NCBI GenBank assembly: GCA_015231305.1
Contig: JADGBW010000006.1
Coordinates: 1 to 63,460 of the forward strand
DNA: 63,460 nucleotides
Source of the DNA: Magnetococcales bacterium
GTDB lineage: Bacteria; Pseudomonadota; Magnetococcia; Magnetococcales; JADFYX01
Reading direction: 5' to 3'
Below, one piece after another: positions 42,434 through 53,247 of the stretch (positions are counted from its first letter, which is position 1; each line of letters begins with the position of its first letter). Position numbers and translations under genes: made by a program. The notes under the pieces were generated by a model. The model worked only from the letters and a program-made list of their open reading frames with translations, searched no databases and was not told the DNA's origin.

Positions 42434-44650
42434 TTAACGTTCCTGGAAGGCTTTATTAACCGAAGCATAAATTGGTTTTAACAGATACTCCATTAAGGTT
42501 TTTGCACCTATATGAATATCTGCTTGTACCACCATGCCAGGAAGAATCTGATTAGTATTTTTTTCGTTACCAATATAAGATTTTTGCAAGCGCACTATAC
42601 CTTTATAAAAAGGTTCACCACCAGTTGGATCATCAAATGTAGTTGGTGAAATAGACTCTAATACACCTTGGATACCGCCATAACGGGCAAAATCGTATGT
42701 GGAAACTTTAACTGTTACCCCTTGGCCAATTTTTACATGACCAATATCTTTGGTATTTATCATAGTCTCCACACGACGAGTTTCATCCAGTGGAACTATT
42801 TCAGTTAAAGGACTACCAGGACCAACTACACCACCTACAGTACTAATTTTAAGATCTTTAACAATTCCCCATACTGGAGAGTAAATGACTAGTCTCTTAA
42901 CCCTATCATCAAGACGAGACATACCCTCTTTTACCTGGGAAAGTTCAGCAGTAATTACACCAAGCTCGCGAAAATTCTCTTCTCTGCTTTTATCAAGAAA
43001 ACCATCTAATTCATTCAAGGCTTCATGGAGATCTTTTCTTGCTCCAACAGTAGAACCAATTACTCTAACCAGCTCAGACTCAACCCTAATTTTGTCTCTT
43101 TTGGCTGCAATAACCATTAACCGCGACATTAGACCTTTTTTAAAGCCAATATTTTTAACTTCCATCTCTTGGTTAGAATAATTAATTTGTAATTGCAAAG
43201 CCTCTTGTTGAGCAAGAAGGTTTTCCAAACTAGCTTTTGATCTATCAATACGGGTATTAAAGGTATCAATTTGACTGGTATAGGCACTGCGTTGCGCACT
43301 TAGAAGTGAAGCTTGCCCTTTTATTATTGTATCATATTCTTCTGGTATTTCAGAAAAATCAGCCCGCTTATCTTCAAGCATGGCGACAATACGTATTTTT
43401 TGCGCCATTAGTGAAGCCAAGCGAACACGCATTTGGTTAAGGTCTGCCTCAGCTGATTCTGGACTTAAGCGAGCAAGCTTGCCACCTTCACTGATTATCT
43501 GCCCTTCTGAAACAAAAATTTCTTCAACAATACCACCTTCAAGGTGTTGAATTACCTGAACAGGACTATTAGGTATAACCGTACCAGTAGTAGAGGCCAT
43601 CTCATCGATTGTGGTAAAAGATGCCCAAGTTAAAAATAGGGCTATAAGAAATGCCACCAACAAAATTGAAGAACGTACCAGGGTTCCAAGGCCGGACTCT
43701 TCCAAAACCACTGACTGTGATAAAAAACGGTCCTGTTTTGGTCCCTGTTTTAACTTTGTTACCTCCTCAGGGTCTGGTTCCAACAATGACAGCAGAGATT
43801 CTGGCTCTTCGGAAGATGATAATATTGGGGATTTGGCTTTATCACCCTTATCTGCCTTGTTTCCACCAGCTTCTTTGGGTGGTGGTGGGGTTGGCTTTGC
43901 TGCTGCAGGTGGTGGCTTTTTGGCTTTTGCTGCCACCTCAGAAGCTGCCATTTTTTCAAGTGGTATTTGACCTAAAGCTTTAGGTTCTGAAGGTTTACCT
44001 TGTTTGCCTGTACCAGCTTTATTAGCAGGAGCTTTTGCAGGATCAGTTGCCAACGGAGGAATTTTTGCTTTACCAGTATCATTTTCAGCTGAAGATGCTG
44101 GAGGTTTTACCTCACTATTTTTAGCAGCTAAAGGAGGTACTTTGGACTTACTTGCAGCTTTTTTGTCTGTAGCTGCTGTTTTTTCCCCTTGGTTATTTTT
44201 AGCAGCCAAAGGAGGAACTTTTGCTTTTTCAGCCACTTCTTCCAATGCCTTACTTGACTTTTTAGCTATATCACTTTTAGAAACTACTGGTGGTATAGGT
44301 GGCTTTTTAAGCTCTTTTTTCTCTGGTTTAGCCTTAGGGCGAACTTTACTGGTGATAGAAAGGCCTCCACCTTTTTTCTTCTTTTTTGGAGTCTTACCCT
44401 GCTCTGCTAATGGCTTTTTTACAGCTTTTTTTTCTAAATTTAAGCGAGATTCTTCAACCTTTTTTTTCTCAGGTTTTACCTCAGGTTTTTTTTCACTCTT
44501 TTTAGCTGGCTTTTTTTGACCAAGGTTAATTCTTAGGCCAGACTTCTTCTCTTTACCACTACTCTTGGCAGCAGGTATTTCTGCCTTCTGAGCTTTGGCA
44601 TCACCTTTTTTTAATAACTCCTTTTTGTCTGTAAGTTTAGTGTCAATCAT
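42434..44650 (-). CDS. HlyD-family T1SS adaptor with ~305-aa low-complexity N-terminal extension
   Basis: IQHLEGGIV, SPVWG.V, GGVV.PG and LMEYLLKP; K/P/A/E-rich N-terminus. Confidence 0.92.
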   Translation of the reverse strand: MIDTKLTDKKELLKKGDAKAQKAEIPAAKSSGKEKKSGLRINLGQKKPAKKSEKKPEVKPEKKKVEESRLNLEKKAVKKPLAEQGKTPKKKKKGGGLSITSKVRPKAKPEKKELKKPPIPPVVSKSDIAKKSSKALEEVAEKAKVPPLAAKNNQGEKTAATDKKAASKSKVPPLAAKNSEVKPPASSAENDTGKAKIPPLATDPAKAPANKAGTGKQGKPSEPKALGQIPLEKMAASEVAAKAKKPPPAAAKPTPPPPKEAGGNKADKGDKAKSPILSSSEEPESLLSLLEPDPEEVTKLKQGPKQDRFLSQSVVLEESGLGTLVRSSILLVAFLIALFLTWASFTTIDEMASTTGTVIPNSPVQVIQHLEGGIVEEIFVSEGQIISEGGKLARLSPESAEADLNQMRVRLASLMAQKIRIVAMLEDKRADFSEIPEEYDTIIKGQASLLSAQRSAYTSQIDTFNTRIDRSKASLENLLAQQEALQLQINYSNQEMEVKNIGFKKGLMSRLMVIAAKRDKIRVESELVRVIGSTVGARKDLHEALNELDGFLDKSREENFRELGVITAELSQVKEGMSRLDDRVKRLVIYSPVWGIVKDLKISTVGGVVGPGSPLTEIVPLDETRRVETMINTKDIGHVKIGQGVTVKVSTYDFARYGGIQGVLESISPTTFDDPTGGEPFYKGIVRLQKSYIGNEKNTNQILPGMVVQADIHIGAKTLMEYLLKPIYASVNKAFQER

Positions 44651-46821
44651 GACATACCAGGAGGAATTTGCGGAATTATTTCAGCAGGAGGGCCCATTAA
44701 TTTTAAGTAGCCCTGTTGAAAAAACAGGACAGTATCGGCAACCTTGATGTGGCTAGGTCTATGTGTAACGATAAAAATGGTTTTTTTTCCTCGTTGCGAA
44801 TTTACATAACGAACAAAAGCTTGGTCACTATCCCAATCCAGAGTATTAGCAGGTTCATCAAATAACATGATTTTAGCTGGTTTTAAATACGCTCTTGCTA
44901 GGGATATTTTTTGGATCATACTTGAAGGTAAACTTGTGGCCTTTTGATCTCCAACTCTAGTCCAAAATCCTTGGGGTAAAGCCTTAATCTCATCTAAAAC
45001 ATCAGCAGCTCTACATGCCTCTTCTAGTTCTTCATCTGATGCTGTGGCATATGCTAAACGTAGATTTTGCGCAATAGTTCCATAAAATAGCGCACATGTT
45101 TGTGGAACATAAGCTATGGCATGACGAAGTTCAATTTGGTTCATCTGTCTAATATCTAAACCATCAATTCGTATACTTCCAGCTTGGGGTACATATATAC
45201 CAGCTATTAATTTTACAATTGTAGATTTACCAGAGCCATTACCACCAATAACAGTAACAATATTTCCCGGTTTAATATCAAAAGATACACCCATTAGTGC
45301 TGGCTCTGCATCTGGAGAATAACGAATACTCACCCTGATAAAAGAGACAAATCCATCAAATTTTTTCAGTGGTTCAATAACCGCAAACTCTTCTCTTTCT
45401 GGTACTACCTTCATTAAACCATCAATTTGACTTAGACTTCCCCTAACTTGTTCCAAACGTGTCATAGCAACAAAAGCACTTTGAATAGGAGCCAATACTC
45501 GCCAGACTAGGATCATAGTTGCAACCAAACCACCAGTTGTCATATCACCAGCCAAAACCCGGAACACCCCTACACCAATAGTAGCAATTCCAGAACCCAT
45601 AACCAATACGGTAGATATTGTATTAACAAGAGAGTTAATAAAGGCAGTTTTAAAGGAAGTCATTGCTGCTTTAGCAGCTAAGTCACGGTAGCGATCTAGT
45701 AGTATTTGCTCAACACCATTATATTTAATACCGCGAATTTTTGAGAGAGCTTCAACTACAAACTCCTGCCTTTTTGATACAGCCCTACGGCTTTTGGATT
45801 CCTCATTTGCAACCATGGGCATCATTACAATCCACAAAACCACAAACATGCCCATAGTAGCAAAAGGTATAAGAGCAACAGGACCAGCCAGGCTCATAAT
45901 TACCGCAAAAAAAACTATGGTAAAAGGTAGCTCAAAAAAGACCATCATTAATGGCCCTGTAAAAAAGTCTCGTACGGAGTCAAAGTTTTTAATACGTGAT
46001 ACCTGAGCGCCTATTGGGGCGCGTTCTGTAACATGTGGTGGCAGTGATAAAATTCTCATAAATATAGCATTACTAACAATGCCATCTAATCTGGCACCAA
46101 TATACATCAGCATTTGCACACGCACTTTACGCAACATCCAATCAAATAACATTACAATCCCAATACCAACTAGCAGACCCATTAGTGTAGTAATTGAGCG
46201 ACTTCCAACCACCTTATCATATACTGTCATAACAAATAGCGGAGTTGCCACCTGTAACAGTGTGAGAAAAAAAGTTACAATCATAATGTAGGTGATTAGT
46301 TTTCTAAATCTTTGGGAGACAAAACGAAACCAACCCAATCGTTTTTGATCAGAGACTATCTCTTCTATGTCTAATAACTCAAAAAAGTATCCTGTTCCTT
46401 TGAGAGTTCGTAAAGGTAATTTTTCTAAGCGGTTTAGCTCACCATTGAAAATGATGATTGCATCTTTAGTACGTTTTAGCAGGACCATGGCCCCAGAGAC
46501 GTCTGGCACAAAAAGACACGGCATTAAACGAGCATCAATTTCTGCTGCGTTTATACGACCTTTACTACTTTTATACGAGAGATTAGACATCATGTTACGT
46601 AAACCAGTTAGGTCTAATGTCTCGGCAAAATGGGGTAGAGCTTCTGCTATATGACGACGATCACCACGATAGCCAAGGGACATAAGAAGTGGCATCATGC
46701 ATGCGCCGAAGTCCGACATATGCGCGAACTCTTCTAACAATCCAGATACCTCTTGTGTAGGTCGTAATGCCCTTGCAAAGGCTTCTAATTCTGGATCACG
46801 GTCAATGGGGTATTTTGTCAT
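44647..46821 (-). CDS. T1SS ABC transporter with N-terminal C39-like domain
   Basis: VYDKVV, GGNGSGKST, LFDEP and THR. Start moved to ATG 46821. Confidence 0.9.
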   Translation of the reverse strand: MTKYPIDRDPELEAFARALRPTQEVSGLLEEFAHMSDFGACMMPLLMSLGYRGDRRHIAEALPHFAETLDLTGLRNMMSNLSYKSSKGRINAAEIDARLMPCLFVPDVSGAMVLLKRTKDAIIIFNGELNRLEKLPLRTLKGTGYFFELLDIEEIVSDQKRLGWFRFVSQRFRKLITYIMIVTFFLTLLQVATPLFVMTVYDKVVGSRSITTLMGLLVGIGIVMLFDWMLRKVRVQMLMYIGARLDGIVSNAIFMRILSLPPHVTERAPIGAQVSRIKNFDSVRDFFTGPLMMVFFELPFTIVFFAVIMSLAGPVALIPFATMGMFVVLWIVMMPMVANEESKSRRAVSKRQEFVVEALSKIRGIKYNGVEQILLDRYRDLAAKAAMTSFKTAFINSLVNTISTVLVMGSGIATIGVGVFRVLAGDMTTGGLVATMILVWRVLAPIQSAFVAMTRLEQVRGSLSQIDGLMKVVPEREEFAVIEPLKKFDGFVSFIRVSIRYSPDAEPALMGVSFDIKPGNIVTVIGGNGSGKSTIVKLIAGIYVPQAGSIRIDGLDIRQMNQIELRHAIAYVPQTCALFYGTIAQNLRLAYATASDEELEEACRAADVLDEIKALPQGFWTRVGDQKATSLPSSMIQKISLARAYLKPAKIMLFDEPANTLDWDSDQAFVRYVNSQRGKKTIFIVTHRPSHIKVADTVLFFQQGYLKLMGPPAEIIPQIPPGMS

Positions 46822-46822
46822 T

Positions 46823-48565
46823 TTATTTTTTACCCCCTTTGTTGTCCCCAGGTGGTGCACCTCTAGGAGGCTGAGGAGGCTTTATAACAACTTGACCGTC
46901 TTCTAACAAAAACACGCGCTTTGCAAGCTTTAATAAAGAGGGCCTAGCACTAACCATGATGACAGTTGCACGACCTCTCATATCAGCCAGTACATTGCCT
47001 AAATTATCGTCACCAGCTCCATCTAACGCTGTGTTTGCCTCATCAAAAAGCACAATTTTTGGTGAGGTAACTAATGAGCGAGCAATTGTAATACGCTGTT
47101 TTATGCCTTTGGGCGTGGATTCGTCAGCACCATCATCAATTACAGTTTCATACCCACGGGGCAATTTAGATACATAGGCTTCTAGTTGCAGTAGCTCTGA
47201 GGTGGCAATTGCAGCTTCTTCATAGCCAGGGCGAAATAGGTGTATATTTTCTAGAATAGAGCCTTTAAACAACATGCCAACTTGTGGCAGATAAGCTACC
47301 TTATTGCGAATAGATCGTGGGTCGTGGAGGTTTAGGTCATAACCGTCTATCAACACCTCGCCAGATGTTGGTTTTAATGCTCCCATCATCAACCAAAGCA
47401 GAACAGTTTTACCGCTGCCATTCTCACCAGATATACCTATCATCTCACCTGGGGCAACATCTAATGAGACATTTTTGATGATGTCTGGCCCATCTTCTGT
47501 AAATCTAAAGCTCACATTACGCATTTCTAGACGGCCAATAACTTCAGGAATTTCAGGCAGTCCAAAACGTGATTCTGGCTTTAGCTCAAATACCTTGGCA
47601 AGACGATCTTTTGCCAAACGGATTGTCTGAAATCGGGTCCAAATTCCTACTGCTCGTTGCAGAGGCTGTAAAGCCCGCCCAGAAAGCATAGTACAAGCTG
47701 CAAGGCCTCCAATGGTCAACTGCTGTTCGACAACCATAATTCCACCAAACGAGACCACCCCAACCATAGATAGCTGGGAGAAAAAAGAGCCTATATTTTG
47801 TGAATCACCACCTTGTACCCCTACCTCCTGTGAGCCTTTAGCGCAGGCATCAGATAGTCTCTCATATCTGCGGAGCATCATGGCTTCCATAGCCATAGAT
47901 TTTACTGAGTGCAAACCTGTTAACACTTCAATAATAAAATTAATCCTGCGGTCATCTGATTCAATCTTCTGAGCGACTAGCTTATGGAGCTTAATACCCA
48001 ATGCCCATACAAAAATTACAAATAAAACAAACATAACAACAGGCATTAAAACTAATAAACCTGCTAAATGATATACTAAACCGAGATATATCGATACAAA
48101 TGGGAGGTCCAAAATTACCAAAACAGCAGTACCGGAATAAAAATCTTTTAGGGTGTTAATAGCATTAACACGTTCTAAATGAACTCCTGATCCATCTTTT
48201 TCAAAATCAATTAGGTTTGTGGTAAGCAGTCTCTCCATAGCACTGCAACTTGCTAGATGTTCAAACCTCGCTCCTAGCCAACCTGTAATATAAGAACGCC
48301 CCATTGACAGGCCAGCTTCTAATAAAATAGCAACAACAACACCTATAAGAAGCCAGCTAAGAGTGCTAACAGCTTGATATTGTAAAATTCGATCATAAAC
48401 TTGTAAGAGTGTAAGGGGTAATGCCAAGCCAAGAAGGTTTATCATAAGAGAAAGCAAGACAAGATCACCCAAAGTTGAAGCAACCATAGAAAATGGTGTC
48501 AATCTGGTTGGCCAGCCAGCTTTTGCGAAAAAATTGTCGCTACTCATTACAAGTACCATACCCAA
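46823..48565 (-). CDS. second T1SS ABC transporter (no C39 domain)
   Basis: LQVYDRIL, GGLAACTML, GENGSGKT and LFDEAN. Confidence 0.9.
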   Translation of the reverse strand: MGMVLVMSSDNFFAKAGWPTRLTPFSMVASTLGDLVLLSLMINLLGLALPLTLLQVYDRILQYQAVSTLSWLLIGVVVAILLEAGLSMGRSYITGWLGARFEHLASCSAMERLLTTNLIDFEKDGSGVHLERVNAINTLKDFYSGTAVLVILDLPFVSIYLGLVYHLAGLLVLMPVVMFVLFVIFVWALGIKLHKLVAQKIESDDRRINFIIEVLTGLHSVKSMAMEAMMLRRYERLSDACAKGSQEVGVQGGDSQNIGSFFSQLSMVGVVSFGGIMVVEQQLTIGGLAACTMLSGRALQPLQRAVGIWTRFQTIRLAKDRLAKVFELKPESRFGLPEIPEVIGRLEMRNVSFRFTEDGPDIIKNVSLDVAPGEMIGISGENGSGKTVLLWLMMGALKPTSGEVLIDGYDLNLHDPRSIRNKVAYLPQVGMLFKGSILENIHLFRPGYEEAAIATSELLQLEAYVSKLPRGYETVIDDGADESTPKGIKQRITIARSLVTSPKIVLFDEANTALDGAGDDNLGNVLADMRGRATVIMVSARPSLLKLAKRVFLLEDGQVVIKPPQPPRGAPPGDNKGGKK

Positions 48566-48909
48566 ATTTGTTCTTATGAAAATTACTAAATATTGGTAAT
48601 CCTCAAAATCTAGAAAAACACACTACACTATATATGAAATTTCACCTAATTTCACTGTGTTGCTACCCAAGGTTACATAAAAAATAAACATTTTCACTTA
48701 AAGATTTGGTTAACAAAGGATTTTTAATTACTGACCATACATTAATATAGAGATATTTTAATTATTTAAAGAAGATAGCAATCATTTTTATAGTTTTATC
48801 ATGGTATTAAATCAACAAAAACTTAAGACAGGCACAGTTATTGCTTTTATATTTTCTCGTTCAATAGCGTAACTAAAAGTAGCAACTGGCTAAAAACCTG
48901 TTAAGACGT

Positions 48910-50589
48910 GTGGATATTATATCTGTGAAAAAAGACACAAAACATTTTAGGTATTTATTTCCACTAGTTATTGGGCTTACCCCACTACCATACTCCCCTG
49001 CTTACGCACAGACATTACAAGAGGCTGTAGCATTAGCAATTAATAGCAACCCTACAATTCTTGCCGCAAATGAGGAACTAAAAACCTTCAAAGAAAAAAC
49101 AACCCAAGCACAAGCAGGTTTACTTCCAACTATAAATCTAACAGCTGCTTATGGTGAAGAGTGGAACAACACTCCAAGCACTAGAAACGCTGGAGAAGTA
49201 AGCGGCCTTAGCTTAGGTCGTTCTGAAGTTGGGGTAACAGTTAGCCAAAAATTATATGACGGCAAAGAGACAAAATATAAAATTGAACAAGCCATAGCAA
49301 AACAGCAAGCAAACAAAGGCAAGCTTTTATCAACAGAAGAGACCCTAACCATGGCCGTTGCAACGGCATATATAGATGCTCTTCAGGAACAAGAACTGCT
49401 AGCCCTACAAGATCAAACAATTTCTTTACACAGGAAAATTCTTGGTAAAGTCAGAGAGATGACCTCCATTGGCGCAGGAACAGCTGTTGATGTGCGCCAA
49501 GCAGAAAGTCGCTTTGCACTCGTTGCATCTGATAGAGAAACAAATATTGGTATAAAGCTTTCCGCCGAAGCTCGATATTTAAAAGCTGTAGGACAAGAGA
49601 GCGAAAATTTAACTCACCCTGTATTAAAACATACATTACTACCAAAATCTTTAGAGCAAGCACTGGAAATAGCACTGGAACGTCACCCAAGTGTTATAAC
49701 TAATCAATCAGACTTAAAGACTGCTATAGCTGAAAAAAACATCTCAAAAGCCAGCTTTTGGCCTGATCTAACCCTAGACTTATCAGCTACAAATACTCGA
49801 AATGTAAGCGGAACTAAAAGTTACTCTAAAAGCGCATCTGCAATGCTAAATTTTAGCTATAATGTTTTTAATGGTGGCGCTGATAGTGCAAAAAATCGAG
49901 AAACAAATAGCAACATCAGTAAAATACTCGAAAAAGGAGAAGAGACTCAACGTAACATAAGAGAGGCTGTAGAGTCTGCTTGGCACACTCTTAAAAGCTC
50001 TCGTAGACGCATTAAACACATAGAAAGACATGTATCTGTTGCAAAAACAGTTACAAAGTCTTACCACGATCAATTTGAAATAGGAAGCCGTTCTCTTGTT
50101 GAAGTACTAGACTCTGAAAATGAGCTACATACTGCTAAAAAATCACTTATTATTGAACAGTTTCAGTTAATGAGAACTACCATGATGCTATTATCATCAA
50201 TGGGAATTTTACATGAGACACTCAGCATGCCACCAAAAGATGTTATGCAGTCTATAGCCTCAAAGTCGGACATGTTGAAGGCAAACGGTTTATTACTAAA
50301 TTTGATGGACGATGAAGAGTTTTTAATAAAACTAAAAACTACTGACCCTGATAGCCAAAAAGCAACACCAAAAACAAAAGACGATAGTGTGCAAAATACA
50401 ATAGAAAACTTGCCTCCATATCTTTTTAAAATACTATCACAAGAAGGCAGTACATACAGCCCAAGTTTGTTAGAATACCTCGATGCAGTTCAAGACATGT
50501 CAGAAAGAAGCAGTAAAAATTTTATGAATGAAATATCAGTGTTAGACTATATATCAAGCATAAATGACGACTCAAAAAAAACCAATTGA
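48910..50589 (+). CDS. TolC/BepC-family outer membrane protein
   Basis: AQTLQEAV..A...NP, LPT..L and QF.IGSRSL.EVLDSENE; C-terminal extension. Confidence 0.9.
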   Translation: MDIISVKKDTKHFRYLFPLVIGLTPLPYSPAYAQTLQEAVALAINSNPTILAANEELKTFKEKTTQAQAGLLPTINLTAAYGEEWNNTPSTRNAGEVSGLSLGRSEVGVTVSQKLYDGKETKYKIEQAIAKQQANKGKLLSTEETLTMAVATAYIDALQEQELLALQDQTISLHRKILGKVREMTSIGAGTAVDVRQAESRFALVASDRETNIGIKLSAEARYLKAVGQESENLTHPVLKHTLLPKSLEQALEIALERHPSVITNQSDLKTAIAEKNISKASFWPDLTLDLSATNTRNVSGTKSYSKSASAMLNFSYNVFNGGADSAKNRETNSNISKILEKGEETQRNIREAVESAWHTLKSSRRRIKHIERHVSVAKTVTKSYHDQFEIGSRSLVEVLDSENELHTAKKSLIIEQFQLMRTTMMLLSSMGILHETLSMPPKDVMQSIASKSDMLKANGLLLNLMDDEEFLIKLKTTDPDSQKATPKTKDDSVQNTIENLPPYLFKILSQEGSTYSPSLLEYLDAVQDMSERSSKNFMNEISVLDYISSINDDSKKTN

Positions 50590-50607
50590 TAATATCGAAG
50601 TATAAAC

Positions 50608-50647
50608 AAAAAAAACGCCATCCCAATTTTTATTGAAATGGCGTTTT
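50608..50647. terminator. bidirectional terminator between tolC and fba
   Basis: AAAACGCCAT...ATGGCGTTTT flanked by A/T tracts. Confidence 0.75.
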
Positions 50648-50662
50648 GATAAAAAAAATTGT

Positions 50663-51727
50663 CTATTTCACTCTAGGGTCAAGTTTACCAGACTGGTATG
50701 AGATAACCATATCACCAAGGCTAATAGGTTTAATTTTTGAGGCCATGCCAGCAGTACCAAACTGTTCATAACGGTCTTTACAAATTTGTGAAGCTGCATT
50801 TTCAGCTGGGTTTAAAAATTTGCGAGGGTCAAAAACACCTGGGTTTTCATTAAAATATTTACGAATTGCACCTGTCATTGATAAACGCAAATCGGTATCA
50901 ATGTTTACTTTACGAACACCGTGTTTTATACCAATTTGCACCTCTTCTACTGGCACACCATATGTCTCAGGAATATCACCGCCATATTCATTAATAATTG
51001 CTAAATGTTCTTGTGGAACTGCTGATGATCCATGCATAACAAGATGTGTGTCAGGAATCCGTGAATTTATCTCTTTTATGCGTTCAATAGCTAAAATATC
51101 GCCTGTGGGTTTACGGCTAAATTTATAGGCCCCGTGAGATGTGCCAATAGCAATAGCAAGCGCGTCTACTTTTGTTGCTTTTACAAAGCTTGCTGCCTCT
51201 TCTGGGTCTGTTAATAGAGCCTCTTTATCTAGTTTTCCTTCGGCTCCATGACCGTCCTCTTCCCCGGCTTCTCCTGTTTCCAAAGAGCCTAAAACACCAA
51301 TTTCACCCTCAACGGAAACCCCTATGGAGTGGGCCATCTCTACCACCTTGGCGGTGACTTCAACGTTATAGTCATAAGTAGATGGAGTTTTGCCGTCTTC
51401 GCGAAGAGAACCATCCATCATTACACTAGAAAAACCACTACGCATTGCAGCTAAACAGACCGCTGGAGATTGACCATGGTCTTGGTGCATAGCAATAGGT
51501 ATGTGAGGATAGGCTTCTAAAGCTGCTAAAATTTGATGCCGTAAAAATGCCTCACCAGCATATTTTCGCGCTCCAGCAGAGCCTTGCAAAATCACCGGAC
51601 TATCAGTTTCGTCAGCAGCCCGCATAATAGATTTTACCTGCTCCATGTTATTGACATTAAATGCTGGAATGCCATAACCATATTCCGCAGCATGATCAAG
51701 CAGCTGTCGCATGGATACCAAAGGCAT
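50663..51727 (-). CDS. fba: class II fructose-bisphosphate aldolase
   Basis: [29 protein letters not shown] and KVNIDTD. Start moved to ATG 51727 (AAGGAG SD). Confidence 0.97.
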   Translation of the reverse strand: MPLVSMRQLLDHAAEYGYGIPAFNVNNMEQVKSIMRAADETDSPVILQGSAGARKYAGEAFLRHQILAALEAYPHIPIAMHQDHGQSPAVCLAAMRSGFSSVMMDGSLREDGKTPSTYDYNVEVTAKVVEMAHSIGVSVEGEIGVLGSLETGEAGEEDGHGAEGKLDKEALLTDPEEAASFVKATKVDALAIAIGTSHGAYKFSRKPTGDILAIERIKEINSRIPDTHLVMHGSSAVPQEHLAIINEYGGDIPETYGVPVEEVQIGIKHGVRKVNIDTDLRLSMTGAIRKYFNENPGVFDPRKFLNPAENAASQICKDRYEQFGTAGMASKIKPISLGDMVISYQSGKLDPRVK

Positions 51728-51866
51728 GAAGGTTCTCCTTGAGCCATATAAAAAATTGAAAAATAATATATAAACAAAACTTATAATTGCAAGCACTAAC
51801 TAAACAAAAGGCAGCTTGATTTATATAAGTAAACAATACTAGAAAAACATTAATACATACAGAAAG

Positions 51867-52841
51867 TTACTGCTTTTTCTCTTCTTCTTCTAAAACAACA
51901 CCCATGGAGATAAATTTGTTAAATCTATCTTCAATTAGTTGCTCTGGAGTCATCTTTTCCAACTCATCCAGATATTTTATAATGTGAATTTGTAGAAGTT
52001 TAGCTGCCTCTTCTGGGTTGCGGTGAGCACCACCTCTGGGTTCTGGGATAACTTCATCTATTAAACCCAACTCAAGAATTTCATTGGGAGTAACCTTCAA
52101 AGCTTCTGCTGCTAAGTTGGCTTTTGATGCGTCTTTCCATAAAATGGATGCGCATCCCTCAGGTGAAATAACTGAATATGTAGCATACTCCATCATAAGG
52201 ACTCTATTACCAACCCCTATAGCAAGTGCACCACCAGATCCACCCTCACCTATAACCACAACCACAACTGGCACTCGCAAGGTAACCATAGATTTAATGT
52301 TTTTAGCTATGGCTTCTGCTTGCCCTCGCTCTTCGGCTCCTTTACCAGGATATGCTCCTTGTGTATCCACCAAACAAATTATGGGTAGGTTGAATTTTTC
52401 AGCTAGCTTCATCAATCGCAAGGCTTTTCTGTAGCCTTCAGGGCGTGGCATACCAAAATTTCTGTGAACCTTAGCTTTGGTTCCCCTGCCCTTTTCTTGG
52501 GCTACAACCATTACATCACGGCCTTCAAGTTTAGCTAAACCAGCTACAATTGCTGTATCATCACCAAAAGTACGGTCGCCATGTAGCTCTTGAAAATCAG
52601 TGAAGGTTGTCTCAAGGTAGTCTAGTGAGTACGGGCGGTCTGGGTGACGAGATAGGTGGGTTTTTTGCCAAGCATCAAGCTTAGAGAATATACGGTCTGT
52701 TAGCTTATCCGCCTCTTCTTCTAGGCCAGAAAGATCTTGTGTTATATCTATGTCTGAAGTGTCAGAGAGATAGCGTAATTCATCTATTTTGCCCATCAAT
52801 TCACCGATAGGCCGTTCAAAATCAAGAAAAGTCCGGGACAT
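51867..52841 (-). CDS. accA: acetyl-CoA carboxylase carboxyltransferase alpha
   Basis: LDFE, RHPDRP, NFGMPRPEGYRKA and GEGGSGGALA. Confidence 0.98.
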   Translation of the reverse strand: MSRTFLDFERPIGELMGKIDELRYLSDTSDIDITQDLSGLEEEADKLTDRIFSKLDAWQKTHLSRHPDRPYSLDYLETTFTDFQELHGDRTFGDDTAIVAGLAKLEGRDVMVVAQEKGRGTKAKVHRNFGMPRPEGYRKALRLMKLAEKFNLPIICLVDTQGAYPGKGAEERGQAEAIAKNIKSMVTLRVPVVVVVIGEGGSGGALAIGVGNRVLMMEYATYSVISPEGCASILWKDASKANLAAEALKVTPNEILELGLIDEVIPEPRGGAHRNPEEAAKLLQIHIIKYLDELEKMTPEQLIEDRFNKFISMGVVLEEEEKKQ

Positions 52842-53084
52842 TATTCTCTATTTCCAAGTAAAAGGAAGCAATAAGACAGTTAAGCCATAAGTTCCCATAA
52901 AAATTACAATTAACCAATACACTTCAGATTACACTTTCTAACCTAAAATTGGCAAGAGTTTCAATCTTTTTTTGTGACGTTTACTACCCTGCAAGGTATT
53001 TATAGCAATACTCCGCCAATACTAATTATAACTCAAACAGTTAATAAACAGTATTTTCACAACAATTTGATTTAGATTAATGAT

Positions 53085-53247
53085 CCTAAAAACGGCAGTT
53101 GGAAGTGCGTGCATAGTGTAATCTATAGATTTATCTGGTGTATAAGGGGAAATCGCGGTTACCTTATTGGTGATAAGACTTTCCCCTGATATGCTAGGTG
53201 AATCAAAAGGTTGCGCTAGGTGCGTGCTTACAACTGCCGTTTCTAGG
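53085..53247. mobile_element. 163-bp MITE-like palindromic element, copy 1
   Basis: Ends CCTAAAAACGGCAGTTG / CAACTGCCGTTTCTAGG; flanked by direct ATGAT (53080-84, 53248-52); second copy at 60957. Confidence 0.85.

Noticed and set aside
43611-44519. Antisense ORFs (119, 110 and 171 aa)
   Set aside because: Shadows of the low-complexity HlyD extension. The other short nested ORFs in the track are rejected for the same reason.
52848-52922. 24-aa hydrophobic minus-strand ORF just upstream of accA
   Set aside because: GTG start without an SD; hydrophobic peptides arise by chance in AT-rich DNA.
53085-53247. Integron attC site or 6S RNA
   Set aside because: No RYYYAAC/GTTRRRY ends, extrahelical bases, cassette array or integrase; no large central bubble; it is duplicated and has a TSD.
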